Shown in pieces: positions 1 to 13,014 of a stretch of 64,000 nucleotides of DNA. This DNA comes from Oopsacas minuta (taxonomy: Eukaryota; Animalia; Porifera). A program made the position numbers and the translations under genes. Each line of letters opens with the position of its first letter. Within the stretch, counting starts at the first letter, position 1. The DNA lies in NCBI GenBank assembly GCA_024704765.1, contig JAKMXF010000317.1:310160-374159 (forward strand), in the 5' to 3' direction. Below the pieces are notes generated by a model. That model was given only the letters and a program-made list of their open reading frames with translations, ran no database searches and was not told the origin of the DNA.

Positions 1-1520
1 ACAACAGCTACAGCACTGGAATTCGATTTGATAAAATTACAATACAAGTGTAGATCTTTCAATAGCTTTGTCACATATCCCTCGTCCAGTAAAATCGTAA
101 CGAGAATCAGCTAGTTTGATATTAAGTCTTAATTGATTGAAACTTTGAACCTTAATCATTGTCATGATCGTTTCCAAATCTTCTGAAACGGAAGTGGGAG
201 GCTAACTCAAATGAAGTCAAGATAGTTTTCAGATGGATACTTAGGATGGCAATGATGTATGTTATCGAGGGGACAAGTGTTAACAAGCTTTACTCAGCTG
301 TATTTCCCACCCCATGCCCCATTCAACACAGATATCTTCTAATGATTGTAATGACGAAAAGGATTCTGTTCCCACATCTAGGATTTGCATTCCAGGACGG
401 TTTGGAGCATTTGAAATAGTTAATAGTTGTTGTATCACTGGGAGTAGAACTTTTGTTGAATAATCTGTACTTTATTATCCCAAAGTGTAGAAATTTAAAA
501 TCCTCTTTTGTATATTGATAATATGGAATCTTTATAAACTGACTCTCAAAGTACCATTCTTTGACCATCATTGAGATTCCATAGGTTGCACATGTGATAT
601 CGTTTGATTCAGCATATAGAGAGGGGGTAATGTTCCAATCTCCATTCCAATATATTGACGTAATTCATGCCGCATCTTTTGTCTGGATCTGCATAGAGGT
701 GCGAAAGTGGAATGTGTGTACTCAGAGATTCTATTACTGCATCCTTCATTTGAGACAATTGATTAATTATTGCTTGTTTAGATCGTCCAACATTTGTATT
801 TGTTCGATTTCCACGACTGTGTTCAGGTGGTGGTAAGAGACTAGGTTAATCCACTCTGTTTGGATTTCTTCATCAGTAAATTCGATATCTGATATAATAG
901 GGCTTTCCAACGTGATATGCTTAGTCTGCGGTAAATTTGAGTTTTTCCAAAGCCTAACTTTTGATATTATGACACGCTGAACTGTATTGTTCCGACACAT
1001 GTGTACAGAGTTAGTTGAAACTTTAGTAATCGGATATGGACCAATCCACTTACTTTGTAATTTCCCACTTTAAGTTCTCAATCAGGACATCATCTGATAC
1101 ATTTATGATGTTAGCGATTGGGTTGACCTTTTTATCATATTGTTTTTTCATCATTTCTTTTGATTTGACTAGGTTTTTACCAGCTTCTTTGAAAGAATGC
1201 TCTTGTGTGCTTTTCATGAAATCTACTAAGTCTGCGGTTTGAGTAACATCTAAATCAACGGAAGTACTTGAAACATCTGGATAGAGGAACTGGAGATTCA
1301 TGATTTCGTTTGGAAGGCGCGGTTTTTGAGAACCATTCATATTCTAAAGCAGAATAATTAGTTGTGTTTCTCGGGCGAATGTTGAGAGAAAATGTAACCT
1401 GTTCTAGATAATAAAACCAGCTATGGTTCTTCTCGCCAATCAACTTTATTAGAGTCACTTTAACGCCTTATGTGCTGACTCAGTAAGGCCATTTGTTTGG
1501 GCCATATATGGTAATATTCA
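1..1520 (-). mobile_element. Degenerate Gypsy/Ginger-type DDE integrase remnant with long C-terminal extension
   Basis: Minus-strand translation gives PYMAQTNGLTESAHKALK (~1510-1455; matches the integrase xYHPQTNGLxER motif), then LIKLIGEKNHSWFYYLEQVTFSLNIRPRNTTNYS, KPRLP, and across a frameshift KWIGPYPITKV (~1045-1015; GPY/F domain). Further disrupted coding sequence runs to the window start, including NTCPLDN (~285-265). Multiple stops and frameshifts. Confidence 0.75.
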
Positions 1521-1590
1521 GGATTGCGTCATTATCGTAGGAGATATCATATCAACATTTACTATAAGGGAAAGGGAAATCGGGTATATA

Positions 1591-1797
1591 CACTGCCTGG
1601 CCAAAAGTATTGGTACAATGCGATGATACGTAGAAAGATTCTATGGCTATAGCAGAAAGTAGAACAATTGCTTGTTATCATTGGTTGAAGTTCCTTATTG
1701 TTTAAAATCATCTTTAACCTATACAACTAAAGAGACATGCCCTCAGTGTCAGGTGTCAATTGTGGATGGGTGTTCCAATACCCTTGGCCAGGCAGTG
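1591..1797. mobile_element. Tc1/mariner-type MITE (207 bp)
   Basis: TIRs CACTGCCTGGCCAA(AA/GG)GTATTGG (21/23 match), TA on both flanks (1589-1590, 1798-1799). Confidence 0.85.
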
Positions 1798-2775
1798 TAC
1801 TATAAATCGGGAATAGTTAGATTTGTTAGATCATTGAGGGTTTTCGACTTATAAATAGATATTGATAAATTATTACCATCCATGGTCACTACTGTAACTC
1901 AAGAACCTGTCAACTTTATCATGACAAGTGTTTATATGTTTTACAAAAGCATCTTTACATCATTTCGTACATTAACTTTGAAATCAAAGATGCGATATTT
2001 AACATTCTACAGCTCATCAAAGATTGGGCCATTTTCTCCAATAATGCATACTAAGTAAAGAAATTGGCACATTTTGATTTCGTCATAGGTGTAAATTTTC
2101 GTTAGGCCTGACTCGAACTTGTCCGAACCAGGCCCAAAAACCCATGTATGCCAAAATCAGCCCTGGGGGTTTTCCAGTTTCTTCAATCATTTCTAGACAT
2201 ACAGGTTAATTGCTTGTTAATAATCATAGATTTACCGTACACTACTATATCCCTGGTACATCTGATGGTAGGCCTTATATAGAGAAGGCTATGCATCAGG
2301 AAATTTATCTTTTTATTACTAGCGATCTAGCAAGCGAAGCGCGGTAGTAATCCTAAATTCATGATTATTACGTAATTAGGTCAAATAATACACGAAGTTA
2401 ACAAAAATTGTTCCTGAGCCCAGGGACTTGACATAAAATAATTCCACATTTCCATCCGTTCTCGATAATATTATATCTAATTTAATGTTACGAGTGAGCG
2501 TAGCGTTCGATCGATTTATTATAGTTCGACGTCTCAAAATCTTTGAGGAGATATCCACTGTGCAAATAATTCCAAAAACACGCATAAGGACTGGAGATTT
2601 CAAAACAAAGCGGGAGTGATAAATATGATAAATTAATAATTTAGATGACATTTATCAAACAGATATGGCCAGAGGACAACAGGTAGTATATAAGTAGTTC
2701 TAATAATTAGATAGAAACCAATCAAATTGGACAATTTTATAGGAAGTTACGATTACTAAAGATAATACATAATCG

Positions 2776-2898
2776 CAGGGCTCTCAACTCTCACGATTTC
2801 GGGCCCTAAAATTCTGCAGAATGCCTGGTCATTTCAAAGAAATCTAATACTCAATTGCACATCTCACAATATTGAAGATTTCCAGGTTGAGATCCCTG
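2776..2898. mobile_element. Small hAT-like MITE
   Basis: TIR CAGGG(C/A)TCTCAAC at both ends; flanks TAATCG / TAATCA; no clean 8-bp TSD. Confidence 0.45.
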
Positions 2899-3178
2899 TA
2901 ATCAATGGTGACGCTAGGCATATTTTCATAAGGGGAAAAACTATAGCTTGGCCGACAATCCATTACGAATAGCAGACCAAATTCATTAATATTGAACTAT
3001 ATACTCTCATAACCTGCCAACCATACATTGAATTTGTTTCTCAAATACCTGATAATCTACATATAAATTGTGGGGGGGCGGCCACCCTAGATGGATATTC
3101 CGAGGGGATCTGGCCCCCCAGACCCTTCCAGTTTTACCGCCTATGTCTATATGCAAATTCATACGGTATTATGACATA

Positions 3179-4087
3179 CAGTCTCGGGACAAAAGTATTC
3201 GACCACACAAATATATTGTCATAAATTGTATACTCTTCCCTGCTCCTATGTATTGTGTAGTCTATATTCGTAGCTGCAATCTAGGAATTTGCATAGAATA
3301 ACATATGTTTCAAGAATTTCAAAAAAATATTTTCGATTTACACTCTTTGAAGGTGTTAATAATTAATACTTATTAGATAATATAATTATTGATAATCAAA
3401 ATATGTGATAATTCAAAACCTATTAAGAATCTATATTTTCTGACTTGATATTTGATTTCTACGTTGGCTAGTTACCCCTGATTAAAATTTCCAATGGGAT
3501 TGAACAATTTTACCAAAGTTATAGTAGAATTTCATTTTGTGCCACTTTTTGCAAAAAGTGGTACAAGTGGCAGGAAAAAGCGCCACTACAAGGAAATCAA
3601 CTAGGGTTAGGAGGGATACGTCAATGCAATATTTTCGAATGATATGACCATGCTAACCCTTGAATAACATAATATCCTCTTGGTAGCGGCCACTTGTGCC
3701 ACCTTGGCCAAAAGGTAGCACAAATGGCACAAATTGAAATTCTTCTATAACTTTGGCAAAAATTGTTGAATCCCATTGAAAATTTTAATCTGTGGTAACT
3801 CGCGTACGTAGAATTCAAATATCAAGTCAGAAATTATAGATTCTTAATAGGATTTGAATTACCCCATATTTTGATTATCAATAATTATCTAATAATTATT
3901 AATTATTCACACCTTCAAAAGTGTTAATCGAAAATATTTTTTTGAAATTTTTGAAAAACATATGTTATTCTATGCAAACTACTAGATTGAGGCTACGAAT
4001 ATCGACTACACAATACATAGGAGCGGGAAAGAGTATACAATTTACGACGAGATATTTGTGTGGTCGAATACTTTTGTCCAATGACTG
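3179..4087. mobile_element. Non-autonomous Tc1-like foldback element with ~370-bp TIRs
   Basis: Arms ~3179-3552 and ~3718-4087 are reverse complements along their length; both start CAGTC..GGACAAAAGTATTCGACC; TA flanks at 3177-3178 and 4088-4089; ~165-bp spacer; no transposase. Confidence 0.88.
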
Positions 4088-4354
4088 TATGGATTTTATC
4101 CGGATTTGAAAATCATCTATGGATTATGGTCTTTATAGACTGGATATGGAATGGAAATTTGGATGAGATGGATTATGGACTAGATAGGAATAAAACAATA
4201 ATGAAGGTAAAAACTATAATTAAAATCATTAGATTATTATCCATGGTGTGTGAAACAGTACTTGCATTGTAAACGCATTCTGTCGAATTTCCGCAAGATA
4301 TAAATTTGAGAACTTCACATCCAATTTTACTGACTAAAATACATGTTTGATAAA

Positions 4355-4525
4355 TAAGATTATATACGTATCAGTTATATCCCATATGTATAAGATTATA
4401 TACGTATCAGTTATATCCCATATGTATAAGATTATATACGTATCAGTTATATCCTATATGTATAAGATTATATACGTATCAGTTATATCCCATATGTATA
4501 AGATTATATACGTATCAGTTATATC
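4355..4525. repeat. 36-bp tandem minisatellite, left half (~5 units, C variant)
   Basis: Head-to-tail unit TATGTATAAGATTATATACGTATCAGTTATATCC(C/T)A, no spacers; interrupted by the hAT element at 4526. Confidence 0.95.
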
Positions 4526-6709
4526 CAGGGTGACCAGATGTCCTTCTTTTGGAAGGACAGTCCTCCTTTTTAGACTAATTGTCTTCTTTTCATTCTGTCC
4601 TTCTTTTGTCCTTCTTTTTTCCTTATTGTCCTTATTTGTCCTTGTTACTTTGTTATATTAGCTAAACCTATAAATATGGCGAAGAGGAAATGTTCATTCC
4701 GCTTTGAATTTAGTCAAGAGTTTTCTTTCATACAATCAAGTAATAAAGGTAATAATTTCGCCTATTGCACTATCTGCAATGTGGACATTAGTTTAGCCAG
4801 TGCTGGAATTTCTTCAGTCAAGAAACACTTCGATACGATCAAGCACTCTTCGTCCCAATAAATGATAACTTCAACACAATCTTTGGGATTATTCATCAAA
4901 GAGAGATATTCTCCTATTAGTTTAAAAATTTCTGCTGCTGAGGGGACATTTGCATTTCATACAGTAAAACATCATCATTCTTTTAGAACAATGGACTGTA
5001 CGTCTAACCTGCTTTCAGTATGTTTTTCTGATTCTGATATAGCAAAGAATTTCCATTCTGCTCGCACTAAAACCGAAGCAATAATTACTGGTGTTCTGGC
5101 ACCGATGAGCATTGAGGAAGTATTAAGTGAGCTACAAACTGGTATCGCCTTCTCTTTATCAACTGATGCATCGAATCACGCTGAGCTAAAGACATTTCCT
5201 ATAATTATTCGATACTTCAACAGTAGTGGCGTGCAGAATAAGCTCCTAGATTTTGTTCATTTACAAGATGAAAAATCAAAACATGTCGCAGAAATGCTTC
5301 TAGATGTAATTACTAAGTATGGATTGAACCCAGAAAACATGATTGCGTTTTGTGCTGATAATGCTCCAGTAAATTTTGGTGGTATTAATAGAGCAGAAGG
5401 TGACAATGTTTTTGCCAAGTTGAAACAGATTAAATCCAAATTAATTCCTGTTGGTTGTCCATCACATTTGGTACATAAATCAGCTCAGATCGCTGGTGAA
5501 CGAGCTCTATCAGTTGATATTGAATCGATTGTTGCAAAGATTTCTTCCTTCTTTTCTGGAGAAAAGAGTAGGGTACTTCAGCGTCACCAAAGGTTTATCG
5601 AATTTTGTGATTTTCTAGAACTGCACTACTTAAAGTTTCCCAATCATGGCAAAACTAGGTGGTTGACTTTATTCCCCTTGATAGAACGGATTCTAAAACT
5701 GTGGGAAGCGTTGAAATCTTATTTTCTCTCGAACGAGATATGTCCTAGAATGTTGGAAACATTTTTTGAATCTAATCTTAGTCAGTGCTACTTCCTCTTC
5801 ATGCATAGTTCCATTAAATTGTTCAATACCACAAGTTTAATTCTCCAGAGAAACAATCTCTCATTACCCGAGATGATTCGTGAATTAAGAAAATTACAGC
5901 AATCTTTATTGGATCGGTATAATGGCGGATTTCAGGAACTATTACTGAAATGGAACTTGCTAAAATTGACAACGTTATTCAAATACACAAATTCAAGTCC
6001 GAATGTATGACATTCTATCAGATTTCATTCGACTACCTTGATAAATGGCTACATTTGGATAGTTTACCACAAAATTTAGATTGGTTATTATTGAAAGATG
6101 TTGATTTAATTGACTATAAAATATTGAAGGGATGTGCTGAATTATTATGCCCAGAAATTGCTCAGATTGATGACTTGTTTGAGGAAGTATGCTGTCTTCA
6201 ACGAAACTTTCCAAGTTTGTCAATGACCTCGGATTTAAGCCTGGACCAGCGTTGGGGTATCATTACACAAGAAAATTTTCCCTGCATAAGAAATTTAGTA
6301 TCTTCTATTTTTGCTATCCCTGCATCTAACGCGGTGTGTGAAAGAGTGTTCAGTTTATCAAAGGTACAATGGAGCGACGACAGAAACAAACTAGACATTT
6401 CCACTGTTGGTGCACTACTTAAAGTAATAGTGAATTTTGAAATGAGTTGCAGGGAAATGCATCAAAAATTAACCAATAACGAAGTTGCATTGAAGAAAAT
6501 CTGTTCCAATGCCAAATACACAAACTAAATTTATTTTTTTGTACCACAAACATGTATCACGAAATTTGGATTATATTACCTGAATTATGTATTTCAGTGT
6601 TAGTTAATTTGTATCTCTGATAAACATACAATAAATATTATAATCGAACACAAATGGTTTGACTTTGAAAAATGTCCTTCTTTTTGGCATGGGAGATCTG
6701 GTCACCCTG
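4526..6709 (+). mobile_element. hAT DNA transposon, full length (2184 bp), transposase disrupted
   Basis: Perfect 14-bp TIR CAGGGTGACCAGAT; perfect 8-bp TSD GTTATATC (4518-4525, 6710-6717). Confidence 0.95.
4676..6528 (+). pseudogene. hAT transposase with one in-frame stop and one frameshift
   Basis: BED-like CTIC...KKH...KH (4676-4858); TAA at 4859-4861 followed in frame by ORF 4862-6010 (STDASNH, CADNA, GCPSH, KTRWLT); probable 1-bp loss near 5930 into ORF 5950-6528 (IPASNAVCERVFS dimerisation motif). Confidence 0.9.
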
Positions 6710-6903
6710 GTTATATCCCATATGTATAAGATTATATACGTATAAGTTATATCCTATATGTATAAGATTATATACGTATAAGTTATATCCATATGTATAA
6801 GATTATATACGTATAAGTTATATCCCATATGTATAAGATTATATACGTATAAGTTATATCCCATATGTATAAGATTATATACGTATAAGTTATATCCTAT
6901 ATG
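6710..6903. repeat. 36-bp tandem minisatellite, right half (~5 units, A variant)
   Basis: Same unit as 4355-4525, but every copy reads GTATAAGTT instead of GTATCAGTT. Confidence 0.95.
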
Positions 6904-6973
6904 TTCTTGAATCCTGTTTTCATATTATATAAATTATATTCTAATGTATTCTAATGAACAAATTAGAAACTAA

Positions 6974-9900
6974 ATGGCTGTCCCAATCTTCGATTCCATG
7001 CCTGAAAGCTCAATTATTGATGAGATTCATACAAAACTACTTGAACAGCAGAAAGTTAATTCTTTATTGCTTCATGAAAAAGAAACAGCTGTTAAAGAAC
7101 GAAATCTTCTGAGAGAGGAGGTATACTTTTTATATAGAAACAAATCTCAAGATGTGCAGACATCTTACCCTCCCACACCTCCCTCACAACCTCCTCCTCC
7201 AATGCCCACCGTATCTAATGTTGCCCTCTCTAAATACCATGCAAGTGACGATACAATAAATGTAGAAGAACTGGTAGAGAATCTCAGACAAGCTGAGGGA
7301 GGAGAAAAGATCAAAGAGCAAGGTGATAAACTGGTTTCTCATCTAAGAGAGAGGGCTAAAGAGAGGAAGAGGACTATTCTGTTAGCTGAAGACGAGAAAG
7401 AACGTGCTCTTGTGGAACTGCAATCAGTTGAAACGCAAATGAAAGGAAGGGAGTCTACATTCAAGAAAGAGATTGAGAATTTATGTCAAGAGGTAATGCT
7501 TGTGATACTTAATCAAGGGGAGAGTATGGACGTGGGTGTCATCACAGACGGGTTGGTTTATTTTCTTATGCCCTTTTTTCCAATTGTATTTAAGCAGGAA
7601 AACGCAATGGGCCCAAGTTCCATTACCCGAGCTGGCAGCCTAAAATATTTGTTAAAGTAGTCTATGGGTTAATAAATACACATCTATTTAATGAAGTTAT
7701 ACTACTTAAAGTTGTATTTCACAATATAGTTACATGTTTACCCAACTGGCATTTGAAGACTTTCGCGAAATTGGAACTGTAGATGAATTATTTGCATTAA
7801 TATTAACCTGTGTTTGAACCTTACATCTGAGAGGGCAGGATTTTCTCAATTGGTAAACCCTCAAATCTGATAAGTCAATACATTTTGCTATCTCAGAGAG
7901 TTTATGAGATATCGCTTAGATATTAGATATTCATTCTAGATTAATCACATTCCATATACGATTAAATTGGACCAGAAGTACGTCTTAACCTAATAGATTT
8001 CCTATACTCTTAGTGCAAGTATAGAAAACCCTTTTGAAGGAAAGTACATACTAACTGAGTTCTACTATGTATTATTCACAGAGAAATTCAGACAATTGTG
8101 AGCGCCAAAATGTTTCCTTTGATGTTTGATTAATATAATACGTGAATTTCCTGAAATTTCGTCACAATTTAGCCAATTTTATCAATGTTCGTCTAATATA
8201 TAACTTTCATGGCATTATTATTACGTCCCATGCCCAGTTAGCCTATTCATGGGAGCCAAAAATCAGGGCTAACTTGAACAAATTCTCATATAAAGATTTT
8301 TGATATTGTTGAGTGTAGGATTTTATGCTCTATAACATATCCAAAATCCGAAAATATCCTCTTTGGGAAAATTTTGTATAGTCATCAGATGGGACTAAAG
8401 AAGGTGTGAAAAATGTTCATCCGACATAATGGTAGTGCAGCTCTGGGTTATGTATTTTGTTCTTTTCAGGGGGGGGGCATGCCGTGACCCCTGTGTGTAA
8501 ATTCCGCAATGCACTGGACTCGACTGATTTTTGGCTCCTGGATCTGATAAATATTTCAGAATCTTCAGTATCATTAGTCCCCTAATGTTCTTAATGTTCT
8601 ACCCTCAAATCCTATAGATAGATTTTAAAATGTCAAAATTTGAATCCAAACACTCAATAACTAATTAGTAGCAATTATTACGAATTCTCTAGCATAATTT
8701 TGAATTTATGCAAAAAGGCCTGGGGTCTCATTCACTAAACAACTTAACTTAAGTAAGACTTAAGCAAATCTTAAGTTGGTATTCACTAAACAAAACTTAA
8801 GCAAAAACTATATATTTGCTTAAAGTTAAGCAAATTTTAAGTATTCTATTAAGTTTTGAATATTTAAGAATACTTAACGAAAACTTAAGTTTTACTTAAG
8901 AATTGCTTAAGTTTTACTTAACTTTAAGTTAAGCAAAACTTAAGTTGTTTAGTGAATGAGGCCCCTGAAATTGTCAAAATCGGAAATATGGTAAATCACC
9001 AAAAAGGTGTGAAATAGTCACTTTAGAAAATAATTCATGACCGAGGTGCAAATCTCCAACCCAAAATGCATATATATGCCAATTTTCATGTTAATTGGAC
9101 TGCTAGATTTCGCAAGGCCGCACGGAGGGACGGACGTCGCACATTGTCCATGCCATTAGGGCATCTCCCTATAAGAGCTGTACAAAAATTATATGAAGAT
9201 GTAAGAAATCGATTCTAACAATGTGCTGAATATTATACAGAATGAATGAATAGAGGACATTAATTCAACGATATACAAGAATTTCAAACAGCCACAAAAA
9301 TTCAATTTTGATGATCCATCATGTGGATAAGACCTACACTCGGTTAATACGTACTACTGCATTTAAATTTTAAAACAAATTTATTGTAATACAATCCCTA
9401 TTCGGACAAGACGTACACTCAATTAGTTACTACATTTCTCAGAAGATGTCATCTAATCCGAGTTGTACTGTGTAGAATCAGACTAGCACTAGTATCAGTA
9501 TTTTTAGGTTTTTGTCAAATAATTGCATTAATTGTTTCAAACTTACAAGTATTTTATAGAATTCACATCTTGTAAACTAATGTAATTGATAACACTTAAA
9601 TAGACAATTACACTAAATTATAATATATTCGGTTACAGCCGAATTTCATAATTTCAAAATTATATAATCAGTATTAACATTCTATTTCCTAGAATGAAGA
9701 TATTTTAGAAGAACTTGATACAATGAAGCTGGTGTATACGTTGAAAAAGGGAATGTCACGAGAGGATGAGATCAGGAGCGGTTATGAAGCGCAATTAAAC
9801 TCAATGGAGAAAACTTTAGAAGAGAGAGATTCTCAGATGTTAGAACTACATAATGAAGTTCAACTTTTGTCTAGAGCTCTGAACAAATCACAAGGAGAGA

Positions 9901-10094
9901 GGAATATGATGTTGGAGAAGTACCACAAACTCGAGGATAGGTACAAGCAAGAGAGAGGTTACACTATGGTGTCCAGAACATCTTCTTTCTCTCAGCCAAG
10001 TCATGTACATCAGGTTGATTCATATTCGCATGAAAGGTCATCATCTATCAGCTCTAGATCTTCTCAGCGCACTCTTCCATTTACTAATAACTGA
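6974..10094 (+). CDS. Two-exon coiled-coil protein with Pro-rich segment and Ser-rich tail (~306 aa); exons 6974-7492 and 9693-10094
   Basis: Donor CAAGAG|GTAATG at 7492/7493 and acceptor TTTCCTAG|AAT at 9692/9693, both phase 0, join as ...IENLCQE-NEDILEELDTMKL...; heptad-like E/K/L-rich sequence on both sides. Confidence 0.75.
8723..8964. mobile_element. PIF/Harbinger-type MITE in intron (242 bp)
   Basis: TIR GGG(T/C)CTCATTCACTAAACAACTTAA; 3-bp TSD CTG (8720-8722, 8965-8967); interior full of CTTAAG motifs. Confidence 0.8.
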
Positions 10095-11329
10095 TTCCAT
10101 TTACTTATGTACGAGCATATAGTCTTAAATGAAAAACCTATTTTTTGAAATGAAAAATATAGTAATGCAAGAACTCATAATAATCAGTGGCGGAACTCTA
10201 TTGTTTCAAACTGGTTGAGCGTTATGAATTATGAGTCTAAGGACATTTGAACTCATCTTGATCAATTAATTATAATTAATAAATATCTACCACTACGACT
10301 TTAAGGTTATTTAGAATGTTAGGCGAATGTCCCTGGAGAATATACAGGGCCGTTCTAAAGTTACGTAACGCTACAAGGGGAGGGGGGCGATATGTGAAGT
10401 GTGACAGCTAGATTCTTTTTGGTATTATGAAAGGGTGGAATAGCGTGGCACATGGAGGCGTGGTGGTGTGAAAATTTACGGACTTAGATATGGCAACAGT
10501 GCACTATTTCTTTGAAGAGAGAGACTTGAAACTATTGGAGTCTAGTATGTATATACTAAATATTCAGGTTCCTAATCTTTTAAAGTGACCTGAAACAACA
10601 TGCATTGTTAAAGCATGTGTTTTTAGGGTAATTTGAACCTGCAGAATCAAAAAATTATTGTTCCCAGCTGAATTATGACGTATTGACCTTCAAACTGTTT
10701 TAAAATAGCGGCTGTCGACGAATTCGCTGATACACCCCAGGCTATAGCATTTTAAATCTCATCGAATAAAATTTTAATTAACCACCAGATTCGCACTCAG
10801 CATTAATTTCCAGCAATTTGGCGGGCCACTTGGCCATATTCCGTCCTGCATTGTTAAGGAGAAAATTATTCAAATATGGTCATGTGACCCTATTAAGAAT
10901 GGAAAATTCGTGCTAATTCCGAAAAGAAAATCGATTCTACGTAAAATTTGTTCAATAGAATACGCCTTGAAAAAAGGGGTGAACCTTGACATTTTCGATA
11001 ACAAGCAAGTTTTGATTACAAAAACTTTGTATACATGTCTAATGCATGTAAAAATTTCTCATAATTCAACAATGGGGAACATGGATGTTCTGGCATTTTT
11101 AAATAGCAGCGTCAGCTAATCGCCAGCACATCCCCAAGCTTTTATCCTAACCCCATCGAGTGACCCCTCGTTCGAACACAGAGCCTAGTTATACACATAT
11201 CGACCATCTAAACGATCTTTAAACACGGTTTTACGAGAGCGGCCCCGCGGAGTTATTTTATTGTAAGTTTGATGTATTTCTTACAGATACATAATGCAAT
11301 CCTCTGTTTTTAATTATAAATCTAAAATA

Positions 11330-12052
11330 TTGTTTTGAATCATTTACAAGTCTAATAAAAAACTTCCTGAGCAGCATAAATGTTATGAGGAACACAATCA
11401 TCCATTTTCGCCTGAAAGGATTTCCAACCAGTGCAAACTGAGTTTGTGCTATTTCTGGAACTATCGAGAGAATTCATTTTCAATTTAAAAGATTTGCCGA
11501 TTTCATAATTGCTGTCTTCACAATAACTGCCTAGGTGAGAAACATCGCTAATCTCCCAGCATTTATCTTCCCCTCCAAGAGATCAAGCATTACTTGAAAA
11601 GCACAGAGCTTATCTACAAATTCATAATTTTGCTTTCATTTCTTGCATGACGTGTTCAGAGTGTTGAGCCTTTCAGAAATGTCACAGAGATAACAAAGTT
11701 TAGATATCCACTCTTTGTCATCGAAAAATCAAGCCAATGCATTTTCTATTGGAGCATTCTACTGTTTCATCTTTCAGATCGAGAAAACGTTACAATACAT
11801 TGCCCCCTGAAAGCCATGGAACTTCAGTATGGTACAGTTCATCCTTTTGGACTGCATCCATCCATAAATAAAGGTTTCGATAGAGACGTGTGTTAAGTCA
11901 CTACTTTTGACAAAATTTACGTTGTTTAATTTACTATTTTAATCACTTCCTGTGAGACTAAATTTAGAGTTGATTGTAGAGTTTTTGAAGCAAGTGCCTC
12001 TAAATGTATCATACAGTGATTCGTAATCACACCTGGAGCAACCTGTTTAACG
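11330..12052 (-). pseudogene. Buster/Charlie (ZBED5/ZBED8-like) hAT transposase fossil, 3' half
   Basis: Minus-strand translation VKQVAPGVITNHCMIHLEALASKTL...VIKIVN, LYHTEVPWLSGGNVL*RF, WISKLCYLCDI, DKLCAFQ, ENEFSR*FPE..LVGNPF; many stops and frameshifts. Confidence 0.88.
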
Positions 12053-12220
12053 ATTTATGATGTAGATAAGCCCAGATTAGCAGATGAAATAATTTTCATG
12101 TGTCATGCTGGGGTGAGATCAAAACTTGCTGCTAAAATAGCACGTGCAGCTGGTTATACATTAATACGTGAATATGCTGATGGATTGATTGGATGGAAAA
12201 AACGAATTAACTTGAAATAA
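12050..12220 (+). pseudogene. 3' fragment of a single-domain rhodanese (TSTD1/TSTD3-like thiosulfate sulfurtransferase)
   Basis: Frame TIYDVDKPRLADEIIFMCHAGVRSKLAAKIARAAGYTLIREYADGLIGWKKRINLK*; contains the rhodanese CxxGxR active-site loop and C-terminal Y-x-x-G-x-x-x-W signature; truncated at its 5' end by the Buster junction. Not in the supplied ORF track. Confidence 0.82.
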
Positions 12221-12599
12221 CTTGAATATCAATTCTTCCAAATTTGTTTAATTATTTGTTTTTATATTAATGGAAATATCCAAAGTATCTTTATATCAAA
12301 TCTCCTTATTTAGTTATACTTATAATTATTAGTATTAATGAAATTAAAATTATTTTTTGAGCATTTTTTGTGTTTAATTCACCTACAAGGTCCTTCCTTG
12401 TCGTTGGAGGAGTTTTAAAATACTACAAGGATATTAGGAGAGATCTAGCCGTTCCCATTATTTATTACTCTTATACACACCTAATTATAATTACTAATGA
12501 GGTCATTGGCTCTTATTGACTTTCTTCGCATTGAAGTATATTATCTATATTAACATGTTCAATTCGCCAACATATTCTGTTTAGCTCCTTAGTTCGTAT

Positions 12600-12867
<268 letters not shown>

Positions 12868-13014
12868 TAGTGCAAATATAATGTACAATAACAAACAGTA
12901 CTGCCTGAGGAGGCTTGAGCACATCAAAAGTATTTAACAGAAAACTATAAATACAAATTCAACACATTTACAACTTTATATCAATATACACGAGCAGAAA
13001 TATACAATAATTTT

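Noticed and set aside
4355-6903. 36-bp repeats next to a nuclease-like ORF suggesting a CRISPR array
   Set aside because: Units are head-to-tail with no unique spacers, the ORF is a hAT transposase, and the context is eukaryotic. ORF 4347-4661 (MYKIIYVSVISH repeats) is a translation artefact.
7493-7660. C-terminal 55 aa of ORF 6974-7660
   Set aside because: Read-through into the intron after the GTAATG donor; composition changes abruptly and the frame continues at 9693.
8251-8538. Inverted GGAGCCAAAAATCAG pair in the intron
   Set aside because: Probably a MITE, but ends and TSD could not be defined.
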